Source: Clostridia bacterium (GTDB taxonomy: Bacteria > Bacillota > Clostridia > Oscillospirales > RGIG577). From it: a stretch of 64,000 nt of DNA. Shown one piece after another: positions 1-10,472 of the stretch (positions are counted from its first letter, which is position 1; each line of letters starts with the position of its first letter). The stretch spans positions 687 through 64,686 of the forward strand of contig JAFQZS010000042.1 in the NCBI GenBank assembly GCA_017405765.1, in the 5' to 3' direction. The notes below the pieces were generated by a model. The model was not told where the DNA came from and ran no database searches. It worked only from the letters and a program-made list of their open reading frames with translations. The translations under genes were made by a program, and so were the position numbers.

Positions 1-714
<714 letters not shown>

Positions 715-790
715 TCAAGGTTTTTTAATAAAAACGCACGAATAAGCGCCGCCGGCGCCTATACTTTAAGGATAAATTTGGAGAAAATTG

Positions 791-1861
791 ATGAACGAAA
801 AAGCTTTTAGTAAATTCTTTTTGGACTATATAAAGGATACGGCCGATGCGGTAATAGCGACCGACGCGAACATGAGGATAATATACGTAAGCGGCGCGGC
901 AAAGCATATCCTGCCCGGCCTCGACGCGGGATACGATATCACGGATATAATAAAGGATGCGGATATATCCGGCGGGCGCGTACTGTTCTATGAATACGAC
1001 GCCGAAGTCTGCACGCTCGGAAAAGGAAAGGACGCGCTTTATATATTCAGGTTCCCGAAAAGCACGTATGCCGTAAGTTACGCCTATCCCCCGCTTGAAA
1101 CGCGATATGCCGAAATGATAGAGAGCCTCGTTTCCTCTCTTTACAACCCGCTTACCGTAATATTCTCCGCAGCAGAGCTTTTTGCAAAAAAGAACGGCAC
1201 GAGACAGTCTCAAAAAGAGCTCGACATAGTTTGGCAAAACGGCTACAGACTTCTTAAAATCGCTCAGAACATAGAAGCTTTCGGCTCGGCCGGACAAAAA
1301 AAGAGCGAGGATAAACACAATATTATAAATATTGACGCCGTCGATTTTATAAACAAGACGGCTTCTTCGATCTCTTCGGCGCTTAAAATGAAAAAAATCA
1401 GCATACATGTAGAATCAACAAAGAACAGGATCTTCGTACAAGCTGACGAATATCGGTTTGAGCGCATCGTGCTGCTTCTCATTTCAAACGCCGTAAAGCG
1501 CTTGAAAAACGGCGGTGTGATCAAAATATCGGCGTTTGAAACGCCTTCGCATGCGGCTGTGTGCGTTGCCGATACGGGCGCTTTGGCAAACGCCTCGGAA
1601 ATTGAAAAAATGTTCGCGGGCGGCGATATCATATCATACGATACGTTCGATGCGGCGGCGGCGAAGCTGTATACGGAGCAGTTGTCGGGCACCATAGTCG
1701 TTTCCTCAAAAGAGGGCGAAGGACTGAAGGTCACTTTTTCGCTTCCCAAGGGCAGCGCGGTCGACGCGCTGTTTAAAAAAAAGCTTGAGATAACCAAAAA
1801 AGGACGCTTTGAGCAGAAATATATCGATCTTTCGGATATTTTTCTTTATACTGATCTGTGA
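791..1861 (+). CDS. PAS + GHKL-ATPase sensor-kinase-like protein with a degenerate H-box
   Basis: ATG 791 sits 6 nt after GGAGA (780-784). PAS-like N-terminus (DAVIATDANMRIIYVSGAAKHIL). N-box LLISNAVKRLKNGG and G2-like GTIVVSSKEGEGLKVTFSLP. The expected SHELRTPL phosphoacceptor box reads SSLYNPLT, with no His. Confidence 0.7.
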   Translation: MNEKAFSKFFLDYIKDTADAVIATDANMRIIYVSGAAKHILPGLDAGYDITDIIKDADISGGRVLFYEYDAEVCTLGKGKDALYIFRFPKSTYAVSYAYPPLETRYAEMIESLVSSLYNPLTVIFSAAELFAKKNGTRQSQKELDIVWQNGYRLLKIAQNIEAFGSAGQKKSEDKHNIINIDAVDFINKTASSISSALKMKKISIHVESTKNRIFVQADEYRFERIVLLLISNAVKRLKNGGVIKISAFETPSHAAVCVADTGALANASEIEKMFAGGDIISYDTFDAAAAKLYTEQLSGTIVVSSKEGEGLKVTFSLPKGSAVDALFKKKLEITKKGRFEQKYIDLSDIFLYTDL

Positions 1862-2072
1862 TGACCCTATCACAAAAAAATCGAGTCTCAAAAATCAAAC
1901 TAACTGTTGAGTTATCATTTTAAGGCACGGATCCGAAAAAAGCCGGTAAAGTGGAAGCAGAAAGCGTCCCTTTCTTTTTACAAATCCCCTCGTTTATACT
2001 AAAACTCCGGTCTTGGCAGGTGTCAAAACCGGAGTTTATCGACAGTTTGAAACCCGCCCAAAAGGGCGGATC

Positions 2073-2837
2073 TTATTTTATACCGAATAATTCTTTCCCA
2101 TTTCGCATGGCCGTGTCCGCCACTTCCTCGTACGCCACGCCGTGAAGCTCGGCAATTTTCTGTGCCACGAGATGAACGCGGGTGGAGTCGTTTCGCTTGC
2201 CGCGATACGGCGCCGGCGTAAGATACGGCGAGTCGGTCTCTATCATAATGCGCTCGAGCGGCACTTTTTTTACGACTTCCCTAAGCTTATGCGCGTTTGC
2301 AAACGTTATCGAGCCGGTAAAGGAGATATAATATCCGAGCTTTATTATCTCGCGCGCCATTTCCCAACTGCCCGAATAGCAGTGATAAACGCCGCGCACC
2401 TTCGGCGCGTGCTTTTTTATCGCCGCAAAAACGTCTGCGGCGGCTTCGCGCTCGTGGATTATAACGGGCAGCGAAAGCTCTCCTGCAAGCGAAAGCTGGC
2501 GGTCGAGCCATTTTTTCTGCACGTCGCGCGGGGACATATCGTAATAATAATCAAGCCCTATCTCGCCTATCGCCTTCACCTTCTCAAGCTTAGAAAGCTC
2601 GGCGTAAAGCGCCATATCCTCCTCTGTGGCCGCGTCCGCCTCGTGCGGATGAGTGCCGACGGCGGCGTATACGAACGGATACTTCTCTGAAAGCTCTACG
2701 GCTTTTTTCGAGGATCCGGCGTCGCAGCCGGGATTTAATATGAGCGATACCCCGTGCGAGGGCATGGACGATAAAAGCTCGTCGCGGTCGGGATCGAACT
2801 TTCTGTCGTCGTAGTGCGCGTGTGTGTCAAACAGCAT
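2073..2837 (-). CDS. tatD: TatD-family metal-dependent hydrolase
   Basis: 254 aa. Starts MLFDTHAHYDD, with later EIGLDYYY and HCYSGS motifs typical of TatD/YcfH. Starts 12 nt after the metG stop. Confidence 0.9.
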   Translation of the reverse strand: MLFDTHAHYDDRKFDPDRDELLSSMPSHGVSLILNPGCDAGSSKKAVELSEKYPFVYAAVGTHPHEADAATEEDMALYAELSKLEKVKAIGEIGLDYYYDMSPRDVQKKWLDRQLSLAGELSLPVIIHEREAAADVFAAIKKHAPKVRGVYHCYSGSWEMAREIIKLGYYISFTGSITFANAHKLREVVKKVPLERIMIETDSPYLTPAPYRGKRNDSTRVHLVAQKIAELHGVAYEEVADTAMRNGKELFGIK

Positions 2838-2849
2838 ACGTCTTACCTC

Positions 2850-4421
2850 TTACTTTTTCGCCGCTTCAAGCTCGGCAAGCTCTTTTTTAAGGTCGATGCG
2901 CGGGAAAAGCACCTCGCCCTTTTTAACGGTCAGCTCGGGCGACGAAGCTCCGAACGTATAAAGGCTTTCAAACGACGAAAGCGCGTCGTCCTCTGCGCCT
3001 ATCTGCTCTAGTATCTTTTTCGAGGTCGTGGGCATGAAGGGCGCTATCATTACGGCTATATGGCGAATGCTCTCGCAGAGGTTGTACAAAACCGTTGCAA
3101 GTCTGTCGCGGTCGTCTTCGTTCTTTGCAAGCACCCACGGCGCCGTCTCGTCGATATATTTATTGGTGCGCGATACGAAGCGCCAAATCTCGGTGAGCGC
3201 AAGCGGCGAGTTGAAGCTGTCCATATGCTCGCACATTTTTTCGCGCACCTCTGCGGCAAGCGCCAAAAGCGTGTCGTCTATCGGCTCGGCGCGGCGCGAA
3301 GCCGGCAGAGTGCCGCCGAAGTATTTTATGACCATTGCAACCGTGCGCGAAACGAGGTTTCCGAGATCGTTCGCAAGGTCGGAATTGATGCGGTTTATAA
3401 GCGCTTCGTTAGAGAATACGCCGTCCTGTCCGAACGGCACTTCTCTGAGCAGGAAGTATCTTATTGCGTCAGTGCCGTATTTTTCGCATAATACGACGGG
3501 GTCGACCACGTTGCCCTTCGACTTGCTCATCTTTCCGCCGTCTAGCACGAGCCAGCCGTGACCGAACACCTGCTTGGGAAGCGGCAGATCGAGCGCCATG
3601 AGCATAGCTGGCCATATTATCGTATGGAAGCGCACTATCTCCTTTGCCATTACGTGAACGTCGGCAGGCCAGTATTTTTTGAAGTCGGAGTCGTCGTCCG
3701 ACAGATAGCCCATCGCGGTGATGTAATTCGAGAGCGCGTCTATCCAAACGTATATTATATGCTTTTCGTCGAAAGGAACCTGTATGCCCCATTTGAACGA
3801 GGTCCTCGAAACGGCAAGATCCTCAAGTCCGGGACGAAGGAAGTTCTGGAGCATTTCGTTCGCACGGCTCTGGGGCAGAATGAAGTTGGGATTGTTCTCT
3901 ATAAGCTCTATAAGGCGGTCGTTGTACTTTGAGAGCTTGAAGAAATAGCTTTCCTCTTTCGTAAGCTCGACGTCGCGTCCGCAGTCGGGGCATTTGCCGT
4001 TTTCAAGCTGATGCTCTGTCCAGAAGGACTCGCACGGCGTGCAGTACCAGCCCTCGTAAGTGCTCTTGTATATATCGCCCTTTTCGTAGAGCTTCTCAAA
4101 TATCTTCTGAACGGCCTTTTCGTGGTATTCGTCCGTCGTGCGGATAAAGCGGTCGTTCGAGATGTCGAAAAGCTTCCATAGGTCTTTTATAGACGCAACT
4201 ATATCGTCAACATATTCCTTGGGCGTAACACCGGCAGCCTGAGCGTTTCTCTCTATCTTCTGGCCATGCTCATCGGTTCCGGTAAGAAACATCACGTCGT
4301 AGCCGCGCATTCGCTTATAGCGCGCGATGGCGTCGCACGCCACGGTGGAGTACGAATGTCCTATGTGCAGCTTAGCCGACGGAAAATATATCGGCGTAGT
4401 GATGTAAAATTTCTCTCCCAT
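2850..4421 (-). CDS. metG: Methionine--tRNA ligase (short form without C-terminal tRNA-binding domain)
   Basis: 523 aa. Class I signatures HIGH (LHIGHSYS) and KMSKS, plus a zinc knuckle CTPCESF...CPDCGR. Confidence 0.95.
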   Translation of the reverse strand: MGEKFYITTPIYFPSAKLHIGHSYSTVACDAIARYKRMRGYDVMFLTGTDEHGQKIERNAQAAGVTPKEYVDDIVASIKDLWKLFDISNDRFIRTTDEYHEKAVQKIFEKLYEKGDIYKSTYEGWYCTPCESFWTEHQLENGKCPDCGRDVELTKEESYFFKLSKYNDRLIELIENNPNFILPQSRANEMLQNFLRPGLEDLAVSRTSFKWGIQVPFDEKHIIYVWIDALSNYITAMGYLSDDDSDFKKYWPADVHVMAKEIVRFHTIIWPAMLMALDLPLPKQVFGHGWLVLDGGKMSKSKGNVVDPVVLCEKYGTDAIRYFLLREVPFGQDGVFSNEALINRINSDLANDLGNLVSRTVAMVIKYFGGTLPASRRAEPIDDTLLALAAEVREKMCEHMDSFNSPLALTEIWRFVSRTNKYIDETAPWVLAKNEDDRDRLATVLYNLCESIRHIAVMIAPFMPTTSKKILEQIGAEDDALSSFESLYTFGASSPELTVKKGEVLFPRIDLKKELAELEAAKK

Positions 4422-4542
4422 GAAAGTCTACCTCCAAATTAAACTGAGTATGTGTGTATAAAATATATTTTATCACGTATTATTCATTTTTTCAATTATT
4501 TTATAATTCAGGCTGTCAAAAAAGGCCAAAACGATGAAATCG

Positions 4543-5205
4543 TCAAATCTTTTCATTCGTGTCAAGCAGCTTAAAGCGGTTCTTTTTAAACGATATTATG
4601 CCGTCTCTCTGCATTTTCGACAGCTCCTTGGAAAGCGCGGTGCGCTCAACGTTCAGATAATCGGCAAGCTGGCTGCGGTCAAACGGTATATCGAATTCGG
4701 TTTTGCGCGTTTTCAGCGCCATGCCGCTAAGATACGAAAGGAGCCGCCTTCTTATCGTTTTCGGAGCCGTGTGAAAGCTGCGCCGCGAGAGCGCGAGATT
4801 TTTATGAAGCGATATAGTAAGCAGGTTTGCCGTCAGTTTTCTTTGCCAGCTTGCCGCGTCCTCACGTTCGGGGCGAAGCCTTCTCATATTTAAGAACATA
4901 ATGCGGCAGTCTTCGTTCGCGCGCACGTCTACCAGCATAACTTCGTCATTTAAGAGCGCGTAAGTCTCCGCAAAAAAGCCTTTCTCCCCCACGTGGCTCA
5001 AAATCGTGCAGTTGCCCCAAACGTCTACGCTTTCAATTGTGACGCTGCCCGAAATCACAACGCCCATATTTTCGGCGGTAGCGCCTGCGTGCATTATTAT
5101 ATCGCCCCTTTTATACTTCTTCTCATGCGCGCCCAGCGCGCGGCAGCATTCGTCTGTTTCGACGCCGCTCATGCCGTCGAAGAGTATTATTTTCGATAAG
5201 TCCAA
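4543..5205 (-). CDS. Crp/Fnr-family transcriptional regulator
   Basis: 220 aa. N-terminal cNMP-binding-like beta-roll (GDIIMHAGATAENMGVVISGSVTIE) and C-terminal HTH (RSQLADYLNVERTALSKELSKMQRDGII). Confidence 0.85.
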   Translation of the reverse strand: MDLSKIILFDGMSGVETDECCRALGAHEKKYKRGDIIMHAGATAENMGVVISGSVTIESVDVWGNCTILSHVGEKGFFAETYALLNDEVMLVDVRANEDCRIMFLNMRRLRPEREDAASWQRKLTANLLTISLHKNLALSRRSFHTAPKTIRRRLLSYLSGMALKTRKTEFDIPFDRSQLADYLNVERTALSKELSKMQRDGIISFKKNRFKLLDTNEKI

Positions 5206-5277
5206 ATTATCCGTCGGCCTCCCCTCTTATTAAGGCAAAGGCTTCCGCGAAACGCGAAAGCCTTCGGTTTTTACACT

Positions 5278-6138
5278 TTACTGCGCCGGTGTAAAGGCGA
5301 TAAGTTGAAGCGAGCCGTCCATGCCGCTTTGTTCAATAGTGAAATACTTTTTAACGCCCTGCTCGTTTACATACGAGAAGCCGTTGTTAGGTATCGTACC
5401 GAAAAATGTCGTTTCAAATATCAGCGCGTCCTGCGGAGTAAATTCGGGTACCGTATAAAGCTCCTCTGTTGAGAAAACAATATTTCCGTCCTCGTCTGCA
5501 TCCACAAACGTAAGCGACAAAAGCGTAAGCTCCTTTAAGCTATTATCCGTAAAGAATATAAGCTCCGTTTTCGGCCCTTCGGCTTCGAGCGTATAAGAAT
5601 ATTCGTTGATATAGGCAACTGTCGCGTATTCGATATCCTGAACATACAGCTCGTCGTCCGCGCTCGCCATATTTCCCACTCCCGCTCTGTCGTAAAGATC
5701 CGCGCCCGCGCCCATTGCGAAAACGAGCTGTCCGGGGTGATTTTCGTCGAACGAAAGACTTGCGCCCTCTAACGGCTCGTTGTTCTCAAGATACATATCG
5801 TACCTTGGAACGGGCGCCCACATATTGTTCTCGTCCTCTTCCTCGCTGTAGACGAGATATCCGTCGTAATGACCCATCGTGCCGTCCATCATAAAGCCGC
5901 CGTTCTCGTATACGGTTATAACGTTTTCGGTCTGTCCCTCCTGCCACGTTCCTGCAAGCGCGGAATAATCCTCCGAGGCCGCTTTTTCGCTCATAGACTT
6001 GTCGGGCACTTTGGTTTCGGTTGTCTGTTTCGTTTCCGTTTCCGCCGCCGTGTCGGCAGTTTCGCTTTTCTGCGTTCCGCAAGCGCAGGATATGATTATC
6101 ATCGCGAATATAAGTAAAGAGATAATAAGCTTTTTCAT
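5278..6138 (-). CDS. Lipoprotein of unknown function
   Basis: 286 aa. Signal peptide with lipobox (MKKLIISLLIFAMIIISC), followed by an acidic T/E-rich linker. Confidence 0.7.
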   Translation of the reverse strand: MKKLIISLLIFAMIIISCACGTQKSETADTAAETETKQTTETKVPDKSMSEKAASEDYSALAGTWQEGQTENVITVYENGGFMMDGTMGHYDGYLVYSEEEDENNMWAPVPRYDMYLENNEPLEGASLSFDENHPGQLVFAMGAGADLYDRAGVGNMASADDELYVQDIEYATVAYINEYSYTLEAEGPKTELIFFTDNSLKELTLLSLTFVDADEDGNIVFSTEELYTVPEFTPQDALIFETTFFGTIPNNGFSYVNEQGVKKYFTIEQSGMDGSLQLIAFTPAQ

Positions 6139-6350
6139 TTTTTATCCTTCTTTCTTCGTTTATGAATAAATAATATATTTATTATACCACTCTGTATCCG
6201 CAAGGTCAAATAAAGCCGTACTGTTTTCGCCGCGACCCGTTTTTTGTTCTTTGTTGAAATAATTGCGAATGTGCTGTATACTTATTAAAGAAGTTTTAAT
6301 GTCGATTTTAATTTCCGATAAAAACAATATTGAAGGACAAGGATAGTTAA

Positions 6351-8102
6351 ATGAAAAAAAGTGTGTTTTCGATGATCTTGGTTTTGCTATTATGCCTCTC
6401 CCTCGGCGTAAACGCCGGCGCGGTCAACAGGGCGGTATGGCAGGATCCCGGCAGCGCGGTGCTTTTATGGGATAACAGCGAAAACCCCGAGTATAACGTT
6501 TTTAGAAGCGACAGCCCCAACGGGGACTACGAATATATAGGGAGCTCAAACAGCGGTTCCTTTCGTGACGATACGGCAAAGTATCCGAACAAATATTATT
6601 ATAAGCTCCAAAAAAGCGACGCGGCAAATAATGATACAAGTCTCCTTGAGCCCTTTTCGCCGGTCGTTTCTCCCGAGGATATTTCCTCGGTTTACGTTAT
6701 CATGTACCACAATTTCATATCCGACGAGGATATAAAAAACGGCGTTGAGTTTGAGGAATACTCCATATCTCCGAAGGACTTCGAGGAGGATCTGATATGG
6801 CTTAAAAACAACGGCTGGATCACCGTGACCTCCGACGATCTTTTACGTCACCTCGAGGGCAAAAAAAGCCTGCCTCAAAAGGCTGTCATCATATCCATCG
6901 ACGACGGCACATGGGGCGTTTACACGAACGCATGGCCGCTTCTTAAAAAATACAATATGTGCGCCGATTTCAATATAATCGGCGCGCGCATCGACGCCGC
7001 ATGGGACGATTTTTATGCGGGCAAAACAAGAGACAATGATCCCGCCCCCTACTGCACCTGGGAGGAGCTTGCCGAAATGCAGAGAAGCGGAGAAATAAAT
7101 ATATGCTCTCACACATACGGCCTTCACGTTTACGGCACGGGCGGCCGCGTAGGCATGCGCATGAATGAAAACGAATCGGCGGAGGCGTTTGCCGAAGTCG
7201 TTAAAAAGGATTATGACCTGGCCGTACAATGCATCAACGGATGGACGGGCAAAACGCCCGAAACGGTCGCCTACCCTTATTCAGAGAGAAGCGCCGAAGG
7301 CGACAAGATCATTTTAGAGAACACGGGCTATAAGATCCTCATGGCGGGCGCTGGGGCAAGGGGTACCCTTGGCAACTATTTTGTAAAGGGCGCCGATATT
7401 TCAAGTCAGTCCATGCTTATAAGCAGATCCTGCCGAATGAACGGCACTCCGATAGGCGCGTATCTTGAAGAAATAACCGAAACGGACAATAAAAACGGCA
7501 TAAATACACAGCCCGATCTTATCCACGCAAAAAACACCGACGAGATCGCGAAGGACTATCAGAATTTCACTGACGTAAGAGGCGAAGCGTGGTTTTCCGG
7601 CAGTGTGTATTATTCGTATCTTAACGGCCTGATGAGAGGCGTTTCGGAAAGCGAATTTGCCCCGGACGCAAATATAAGCAGAGCAATGGCCGTAACTCTT
7701 CTTTGCAGGTTGGCCAAAGATCCCGATCCCAAGTCCGCCGGAAAGTTTACCGATTCAAACGGTTCGGAATGGTGGTTCAGATCCGCCGCATGGGCTGATG
7801 AGGCGGGCATACTCTCATCGTTTGAAGACGGCAGCTTCAGGCCCGACGACCCCATAAGCCGCGAGGAGCTTGCCGCATCAATGTATAACTGCGCAAAGTT
7901 TTTAAACCTCGATACGTCAAAAAGAGCCGATATCGAAAAATTCACCGATTCTCAGAATATTTCACGGGAATATAAAGAGGCTGTAAGCTGGGCGGCGTCA
8001 TACGGGATTTTTAACGGCAATGCCGACGGAAGCTTCGCCCCCGCCGGCAGCGTGACAAGGGCCCAGATGTCCATGATACTTCGAAACTGGCTTTGCAGAT
8101 AA
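6351..8102 (+). CDS. Secreted polysaccharide deacetylase (NodB-like) with C-terminal SLH domains
   Basis: 583 aa. Signal peptide. Motifs MYHNF, IISIDDG and CSHTYGLH typical of NodB/PgaB-type deacetylases. C-terminal S-layer-homology repeats (FTDV..AWFSGSVYYSYLNGLMRG; FRPDDPISREELA; FAPAGSVTRAQM). Confidence 0.8.
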   Translation: MKKSVFSMILVLLLCLSLGVNAGAVNRAVWQDPGSAVLLWDNSENPEYNVFRSDSPNGDYEYIGSSNSGSFRDDTAKYPNKYYYKLQKSDAANNDTSLLEPFSPVVSPEDISSVYVIMYHNFISDEDIKNGVEFEEYSISPKDFEEDLIWLKNNGWITVTSDDLLRHLEGKKSLPQKAVIISIDDGTWGVYTNAWPLLKKYNMCADFNIIGARIDAAWDDFYAGKTRDNDPAPYCTWEELAEMQRSGEINICSHTYGLHVYGTGGRVGMRMNENESAEAFAEVVKKDYDLAVQCINGWTGKTPETVAYPYSERSAEGDKIILENTGYKILMAGAGARGTLGNYFVKGADISSQSMLISRSCRMNGTPIGAYLEEITETDNKNGINTQPDLIHAKNTDEIAKDYQNFTDVRGEAWFSGSVYYSYLNGLMRGVSESEFAPDANISRAMAVTLLCRLAKDPDPKSAGKFTDSNGSEWWFRSAAWADEAGILSSFEDGSFRPDDPISREELAASMYNCAKFLNLDTSKRADIEKFTDSQNISREYKEAVSWAASYGIFNGNADGSFAPAGSVTRAQMSMILRNWLCR

Positions 8103-8164
8103 TGCTTTCATATAAAACAAAATGCCCGTTACAGGGATAAAACGACGAAAGAAGGAAAGGCGTT

Positions 8165-10339
8165 ATGAAAAAGAGAATAATAAGTATTGCTTTGGCTCTT
8201 TGTATGCTTCTCGTCATGCTCCCCGCCGCAGGACTTGCCGAGGACGAGCTGTCTTATCCCGTGGAGACAGGCTCTATATATTATGAAATAAACGACGGTG
8301 AAATAACTATAACGTCCGCAGGCCTGAGCGTGACAGCCGTGAATATTCCACAGGAGATAGACGGCCTGCCCGTGACGGCCATAGGCGATTATGCGTTTCG
8401 CGAGCATAATATTATGAAAACGGTCGTTATACCGAAAAGCGTAAAAACAATAGGAAGCAGCGCTTTCGAGCAATGCGCCGTTCTTAGGACCATAGAGCTT
8501 TCCGACGGCGTTGAGACCATCGGAAGCTATGCGTTTGCAAACTGCCCCAAGCTTCAGTCTGTCAATATCCCCGACAGCGTAACGTCCCTCGGCTCAGGGG
8601 CGTTCTCAGGCAGTTGGAACATGCCCACCGTAAGCATCCCGGGCAGCGTCGGCTACATCGAGGACGACACGTTTTACGGATGCGATCATCTTGCCTCAAT
8701 AGAAATCGGCGAGGGCGTGACAGGGATAGGCCTGACCGCCCTCAACGGCTGCGAAGCGCTGACGACCGTTTCTTTTCCCGCAAGCCTTACGGGGGAGCTG
8801 CCCGCTTTGTGGGGCTGCAAAAGCCTTACCTCGATAAGCGTTGACGCGGCGAACACCGCTTATATGTCGGAGGACGGCATCGTTTTTTCAAAAGATAAAA
8901 AAACGCTGGTGCGCTATCCTACGGGCCGAGAAGGCGAATACACTATCCCGTCAGGCGTGACTGTTGTAGGCGAAGGGGCGTTTTACGACTGTGACGGGCT
9001 TTTGGCCGTCGTGATACCCGAGGGCGTAACAGAGCTCGGCCACTCGGCTTTTGACAGCTGCGATTTTATAAAGTCTGTAAGCATTCCGTCTACAGTGACA
9101 AGCATAGGCGAGGCCGCCCTCGCCAACTGCCCTGCTCTTTCGACTGTCAAACTCTCCGAGGGTATTACGGAGGTCTCGGACGATATGTTCGCAAGCTGCC
9201 ACTCGCTTAAATCAGTAAGCCTGCCTTCCACTCTTACCCGTATAGGAGAATATGCGTTCTATGAATGTGTGTATCTTGAGAGCATAGATATACCGGCAGG
9301 CGTGACCGATATAGACCGCTGCGCGTTCTGGGTATGCTCGTCCTTAAAAGATGTCGGCTTCCCGTCCGGCGTGACCCGCGTCGGCGGCAATGCGTTTGAC
9401 GGCACGGCGTATTATAATGACGAGTCAAATTGGGAAAACGACGCGCTCTATATGGGGAACGCGCTGATCGCCGTAAAGGATAAAAGCATAACTGAATTTA
9501 CGTTCAAAGACGGCGTGACCTGCGTCGCCGATTATGCGTTTTCAGGTTGCGCTTCCCTTACGTCTGTAGATCTGCCCGAAGGCATAGAAAGAGTCGGCGA
9601 TTTTACGTTTTACGGCTGCGGAGCGCTAAAGAGCGTCGGTATCCCCGAAAGCGTAACGTATATAGGAGGCGGCGCGTTTTGGGAGTGTGTGTCCCTTGCG
9701 GCGATAGATATCCCCGAAAATGTCACGTTCATTGGAGAATCGGCGCTTCAGGAATGCGAAGCCCTTACGTATGTAAGACTGCCCGAGGGGATCGAGCGCA
9801 TAGATCGCGCCGCCTTTTACGGCTGCAAGTCCCTTATGTATATCGAGATACCGAAAAGCGTGCAGGTCATAGATGAGCTTGCCTTCTGGTTCTGTCCGTT
9901 TGAGGAGATCTACATACCGGCCCGTATAAAATACATAGACCAGTATGCATTCTGGGGATGCCAGAACCTTACCGACGTATATTACGCAGGCGCCGAGGAC
10001 GACTGGAACAAAATAAGCATAGGCTATGCAAACGACGATCTGACGAACGCCGCGCTCCACTGCCTGGGCGGCATGATAATACGCCGGGCCGACGATCCGG
10101 CCGAAGCCGTCAAAGTGATACGCTCGGGTTCCTCCTTCACCGTTTCGGGCGACGTTTCGTCTCTCGCCCCCGTCTTCATCGCCTCGTATGATAAATACGG
10201 AAGAAAGATGATGGGCCTAAAGATATTGGACCGCTCCGGCACTGTAGAACTGGGCGCGGGCGAGAAAGCGAAGGTGATCTGGCTCGACGCCGGTACATTC
10301 GGCGCGAAGTGCGACGCCATCGAATTTGATATAAATTAG
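8165..10339 (+). CDS. Secreted BspA-type leucine-rich-repeat surface protein
   Basis: 724 aa. Signal peptide. About 20 repeats of the pattern IPxSVTxIGxxAFxxCxxLxSV. The C-terminal ~70 aa form the shared YDxxG...W module (see findings). Confidence 0.85.
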   Translation: MKKRIISIALALCMLLVMLPAAGLAEDELSYPVETGSIYYEINDGEITITSAGLSVTAVNIPQEIDGLPVTAIGDYAFREHNIMKTVVIPKSVKTIGSSAFEQCAVLRTIELSDGVETIGSYAFANCPKLQSVNIPDSVTSLGSGAFSGSWNMPTVSIPGSVGYIEDDTFYGCDHLASIEIGEGVTGIGLTALNGCEALTTVSFPASLTGELPALWGCKSLTSISVDAANTAYMSEDGIVFSKDKKTLVRYPTGREGEYTIPSGVTVVGEGAFYDCDGLLAVVIPEGVTELGHSAFDSCDFIKSVSIPSTVTSIGEAALANCPALSTVKLSEGITEVSDDMFASCHSLKSVSLPSTLTRIGEYAFYECVYLESIDIPAGVTDIDRCAFWVCSSLKDVGFPSGVTRVGGNAFDGTAYYNDESNWENDALYMGNALIAVKDKSITEFTFKDGVTCVADYAFSGCASLTSVDLPEGIERVGDFTFYGCGALKSVGIPESVTYIGGGAFWECVSLAAIDIPENVTFIGESALQECEALTYVRLPEGIERIDRAAFYGCKSLMYIEIPKSVQVIDELAFWFCPFEEIYIPARIKYIDQYAFWGCQNLTDVYYAGAEDDWNKISIGYANDDLTNAALHCLGGMIIRRADDPAEAVKVIRSGSSFTVSGDVSSLAPVFIASYDKYGRKMMGLKILDRSGTVELGAGEKAKVIWLDAGTFGAKCDAIEFDIN

Positions 10340-10374
10340 GATACAAAAACAACGCATCGGTCACTTGATATGCT

Positions 10375-10414
10375 AATTGCGGCTTCCCCTACACAGGGGA
10401 GCCGCAATTTTTTG
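10375..10414 (+). terminator. Intrinsic terminator after the LRR gene
   Basis: Hairpin aattgcggcttcccc/ggggagccgcaatt (one bulged t) followed by tttttt. Confidence 0.65.
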
Positions 10415-10424
10415 GATCGCATTT

Positions 10425-10466
10425 CTAAAAAAAGCGGCTGCAGCGATTTTTTATTTCGCTGCAGCC
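10425..10466 (-). terminator. Intrinsic terminator after niaR
   Basis: Perfect 11-bp stem ggctgcagcga/tcgctgcagcc (10436-10446 / 10456-10466), followed on the minus strand by a U-run (complement of aaaaaaa at 10427-10433). Confidence 0.8.
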
Positions 10467-10472
10467 CATCTC

